64,000 nucleotides of DNA, taken from the human T2T-CHM13v2.0 reference genome, Homo sapiens. Below, piece after piece: positions 59,301-64,000 of the stretch; position 1 is the first letter of the stretch; the number at the start of each line of letters is the position of its first letter. The notes under the pieces were generated by a model. That model was not told where the DNA came from. It saw only the letters and a program-made list of their open reading frames with translations, and ran no database searches. The position numbers and the translations under genes were made by a program. Where the stretch lies: the NCBI RefSeq assembly GCF_009914755.1, contig NC_060932.1. One strand, written 5' to 3'.

Positions 59301-61287
59301 ACAAATAACCCACTAAAAGTTAGCAAAGAACATGAACACTTTTCAAAAAAAGACATACAAGTGGCCAAAAAACATGAAAAAATGCTCAGTATCACTAATC
59401 ATCAAAGAAACACAAATAAAAGCCACAATGAGACACCATGTCACACCAGTCAGATGGCTATTATTAAAAATTCAAAAAATAACAGATGCTGGTGAGGCTG
59501 TGGAGAAAAGGGAATGCTCTATACACTGTTAGAGGGAATGTATATTAGTCCAGCCACTGTGGAAAGCAGTGCAGAGATTTCTCAAAGAACTTAATACAGA
59601 GCTACCATTTGACCAAGTGATCAATTACTGTGTATATACCCAAAAGAAAATAAATTATTCTACCAAAATGACACATGCACTTGTATGTTCATTGTTATGC
59701 TCTTCATAACGGCAAAGACATGGAATCACCCAGATGCCCAATAGTAGATTGGATAAAAAATGTGGTTCATACATCATGAAATACTACACAGCCATAAAAA
59801 ATAATAAAATTGTGGCCTTTGCAGAAATATGGATGGAGCTGGAGGCTGTAACCCTAAGCAAAGTAATGCAGGTACAGGAAATTAAATACTACATGTTCTC
59901 AATTACTGGGGTAGAGAGCTAAATATTGAGCACCGGTGGACATAAATATGGAAACAATAGACATAGATACTGTGGACTAAAATAATGGAGGTAGGGGTGA
60001 TGGGAAAAAAATTAAAATGAAAATGAAAAAAACAGCTATCAGGTACTGTGCTCACTACCTAGGTGATGGGATCTGTATTGCAATTTCCATATGACAAATC
60101 TGCACATTCTATACCCTGTATCTAAAATAAAAGTTGAAGTGTTTTTTTAAAAGATTGACAACAAAAGCAACAATAAATAAGTGGATTTATATGAAACTAA
60201 AAATTTTCTGCACAGGAAACAATCAACAATGTAAAAAGGCAACCTACAGAAGATTAATGTCCAGAATATGGAAGAAACTCAAACATCTTCATTGAAAAAA
60301 AGGAAAGATTTAAAAAATGAGCAAATGACCTGAACAGATATTTCTGAAAGAAGACATACAAATGACCAGCATATATATTAAAAATTGCCAACATCACTAA
60401 TCATTGGGAAAATGCAAGTCAAAACCACAAAGAAATAATATCTCACCGCAGTTAGTATGGATATTAACAAAAATATAGTAAGAAATGCAGTTAAGTATGT
60501 GGAGTAAAGAGGACTTTTGTATACTGTTGGTGTGAATGTAAACTAGAACAGTCACTTAGAAAACAGTATGAAAGTTTCTCAAAAAACTACAAATAGAGCC
60601 ATCATATGATCCAGCAATTCCTCCACTGGGCATTTATCCAAAGGAAAGGAAAAAGTGTATCAAAGAGAAATCTACACCTCTACGTTTACTGCAGCACTAT
60701 TCACAATAGCCAAGATATGGAATCAACCTAGATGCCCAACAGCAGATGACTGGATAAAGAAAATGTGGTATGTACACAGTTGAATATTATAAAGCCATAT
60801 GAAAGAATGAAATTCTGTCATTCACAGCAGCATAGATAGAACTAGAGTACATGACATTAAGTGAAATAAGCCAGGAATAGAAAGTTAACCACCACATGTT
60901 CTCACTCATAGGTAGAAATGTTAAAAATGTGGATTTAATTGAAGTAAAAAGTAAAGGAGAAGATACTGAAAGCTGGGAATGGCAGGGGAAAGGGGAAATT
61001 AGGGAAACGTGTTAAATGACACAAAATTACATCTAGTTAGTAGGAGCAAGTTCTAGTTTTCTATAATGATGTAGGATGATTATAGTAAACAATAATATGT
61101 TATGTAGTTTCACACAGCTAGAAGGAAGATATTGAGTGTTCTCAACACAAAGAAATGATAAATGTTTGAGATAATGGATATGCTAATTACTCTTATCTGA
61201 TCACTATATATTATATGTATTGAAACATAACTATGTACTCTCTAAAATGTACAATTATTATGTGTCAGTTAAAAAAATTTAAAAAAG
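56336..61287 (+). mobile_element. L1MA4-like element (ORF2 linker/RT to 3' end), host of a nested L1PB
   Basis: 'aaattcctagatacatacaacctacc', 'ccaggaccagatggcttcac' (PGPDGF); interrupted at 58113, resumes 'caacaaaagcaacaata' ~60158; L1MA4-type 3' UTR. Confidence 0.85.
58114..60150 (+). mobile_element. L1PB4-like element: ~285-bp 5' UTR joined directly to the post-RT part of ORF2 and 3' UTR
   Basis: Starts 'ggactttttccaagatggtc' (YY1 core); junction at 58400/58401 to 'caatagccacaaagaaaatgaaataactgggaata'; 3' UTR 'tactgtgctcactacctaggtgatggg...ctaaaataaaagttgaa'. Confidence 0.8.
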
Positions 61288-61324
61288 GGAATAGAGAAAG
61301 AAAGAGGAAATTGACTAGTATTGG

Positions 61325-61770
61325 ATTAGTCAGTTATCCAGTGAAACAGAACCAAAAGGAGATATGTAGATATGAAAAAAATTTATTATGGGACTTGGCT
61401 CATTTGACTTTGGAGGCTGAGAAGTCCCATGATCTGTCATCTGCAAGGTAGAGAACCAGGAAATCCAGAGGGTGGTGTAATTCAATCCAAGTCCAAAGTC
61501 TGAGAAACAAGAGCTCTGATATCTAAAAGAAAGAGAAGAATAATGTCCTTGCTCAAATGAGAAGGAAATTTGCCTTCCTTTGCCTTTATATTGTATATAG
61601 TTCTTCAATGGATTGGATGAATGATGCCCACCAGAATTGGTGAGGGCAATCTTCTTTACTCAGTCTACAAATTCAAATGCTAATCTCTTCCAGAAATAGC
61701 CGCAATGACACAACTAGAAGTAATTACCAGCTGTCCGTGCATTTCTTAGCCCAGTTAAATCGACATATTC
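61325..61770 (-). mobile_element. MLT2B-like (ERVL) solo LTR
   Basis: 'gaaacagaaccaaaagg...ggaggctgagaagtcccatgatctg...tactcagtctacaaattcaaatgctaatctcttccagaaa...agcccagttaaatcgaca'. Confidence 0.85.
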
Positions 61771-62924
61771 TGAGGTATATGTATTTTTTTCAAAGAAGGA
61801 ACAAAAAGTGATTAATTTCATACTCTGTAAAGCCAAGTAGGCAGACTAAAATAAGTGCAATATATAAATCCTAAATTAGTGTTGAAAGAAATAAATGAAG
61901 AAATATTTTTAATGCAGTATTACATGACCAATATTACCATATTATTTTAAAAATTAAAGTGTGTTATTTATCTTATCCCTTACCACTTTTCCTTCTTTGC
62001 ATAAAAAGATTGGGTCACTGCATACTTACAGGTCCTATGGCCCACCAAGAATGTTTGTACATATCCTGTCTTTCCTAGCCCATGAAAGAACTAAGAGCTC
62101 TTGTCAATCCCTACATAGACTTTGCTCAGATGAAACAGAACATTAGACAACAGAAAAATCCTTATATAAAACCACCTTTGAGATTAGTGTAGGTCAAGTA
62201 TGAAGCAGCTAAAAATGTATGAAAAATAATAACAGTAGGAAACTAAGTATAGAAGCTTACATGTCTGCATTCCAACTGAAGAGAGTAGTCTTTGTGTAAG
62301 AGGACCCCAAACTTTAAAACACATTGAAGAAAAATTGTTTTCAGTGTACAAACAGTAGAGGAAGATAAAAAGTATTATACTTCTTTATTTTTTTGTTATA
62401 TCTTATCTATTTCTTGAGTTACAGAAAGTCTGAGAATACTGTAAGACAGATAAAAGCATAATTTTCTTTCAATGTAGTTCCCACCCATTGCTTTAGAATC
62501 AGTGTGGATTTCTTTCCGTTTCTAAAGTTAGGATGATTTCCAGCATAGCTTGTGTTGTTATGAGCCATCTGGTTTTTCATTGAGATGTAGTGAGAAGTGG
62601 TAATAATAACTGCTAGTCAAACACAATTTTAATTGTATTATAAATCATCATTATGATACCTCAAAAGGCTCATTAGAACTTAAAATACATATATATATAT
62701 ATGTACATAAATTAAAAAGTGAATTTTATTAATTTGGGCACTAATGCTCATTACTATAACTTCCTTTATTGCTGTAACATTGTGTCAGTGGGTAACAACA
62801 GAGATAAACATAATAGACTAATTTTAACTTTGGAAGGACTTCAGTTTTATTAGGTGCTAAATTCTATTTTATTTTTAAATTCTATTTGCTGAAAATTATA
62901 TAATGGCCATGAGCTTTTGAATCA

Positions 62925-63120
62925 TTAATAAATCATTCATTCAACAACTCATTAAAATATTTCATGAATACCTGTTTTGTACTTAATTGTGCATTTATAT
63001 ATTTCAATAATTTATTGCATACTTATCATTTAGCAGGCATTATCTTGGTTGGTGAAATTCAACATTGACCTATAGATAGAAGAAGAGAATGATTCTTACT
63101 CTTTTCAAATTTGTGGTCTA
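62925..63120 (-). mobile_element. L2 3' end remnant
   Basis: 'tcattcattcaaca...atttattgcatacttatcatttagcaggcatt'. Confidence 0.45.
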
Positions 63121-63285
63121 CACAGACTCTATAGAAATAATTCCACAGGAACTTTTTTATTTACTCTTGTAACACAAAGAATATACACATCCTATCTCTC
63201 AGAAGCATACAATTTAATTAGAGGATTAAGACATATGTACACAAAAATTAACTAACCATGTACATTGGCATTATAAGTGGAATGC

Positions 63286-63878
63286 TGTGGTAGATACAGA
63301 GATGCACTGACCAATACTTTTTTTTCCAAGCAAGAACTTGTTACCCAAGCCATCAGTAAAACCCTCAACTTCCTTTTGTCAGTATTTTTATTGTTTGCTG
63401 CAGGCATGGAAAGCCAGGTTACACAAAACATTCCGTTCCTGGAATGATCCATGTCCAAATGGCTACTCAGGTAGGAATAAGAGAGCTCAGCCTCCACAGG
63501 AATTGAGGGACAATTTCATATGTGCTTTGTAACTCCCTATGGGGTAAAGATTTGCTGGTTTGGGGTTGTAGTTTGAGTCCTCCCTCCACCTAATTCTTTA
63601 TCTCCCCATCTCTTTCTTCTACAGTTGTCAACTCCTAACAAGTATCCCTCACATCAAAATTTCACCTCCACAGCTGGTCTCCTTCTAAAGAAACCAACCT
63701 CTGATATTTGGTAGCAAGACTGATCCTAGAAAGCAGGTGACATAGCGGGATTTTGGAGCTGTATCCCACACTGCCTAGTTGGTGATGAGGATCACAAAAC
63801 TGGCAGTAGATGTAGTACAGACAGTTTCTGATACAAGATGGTGATCCAATATTTTAAGCTCTCACTAGTAGCAAATTG
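63286..63878 (+). mobile_element. LTR16-family LTR (~63286-63707) plus ERV3-16A3-like leader
   Basis: 'tgtggtagatacagagatg...ccaacctctgata' followed by 'tttggtagcaagactgatcctagaaagcag...ggattttggagctg'. Confidence 0.6.
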
Positions 63879-64000
63879 AAGTAAATATCACAAACAAATG
63901 GGAAAACATCCCATGCTAATGGATCAGAAGAATTAATATTGTCAAAATGACCATATTGCCCAAAGCAATCTATAGATTGCTATCAAGATACCACAGAATA
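63879..64000 (+). mobile_element. L1 ORF2 fragment continuing beyond the window
   Basis: 'aaatgggaaaacatcccatgctaatggatcagaagaattaatattgtcaaaatgaccatattgcccaaagcaatcta'. Confidence 0.85.

Overview
AT-rich, CpG-poor primate genomic DNA. AluY/AluS/AluJ, THE1 and L1PA/PB elements point to a catarrhine, probably human. By eye roughly two thirds is decayed transposable elements: nested LINE-1s (L1PA13-16, L1PB, L1MA/MB/MC/ME), Alus, MIR/L2, ERVL/MaLR/ERV1 LTRs and a near full-length Charlie3 hAT transposon with a fossil Buster-type transposase. I can support no intact protein-coding gene, RNA gene or prokaryotic-type system; the listed ORFs are TE remnants or noise. The most unusual signals are structural: a 76-bp 100%-identical inverted copy inside an old L1, a 30-bp near-perfect hairpin, a TSD-bounded twin-primed L1, internally deleted L1s, a tail-less Alu fragment and several templated-insertion or fold-back scars. 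Subfamily names come from recalled consensus sequences, and most boundaries are approximate.
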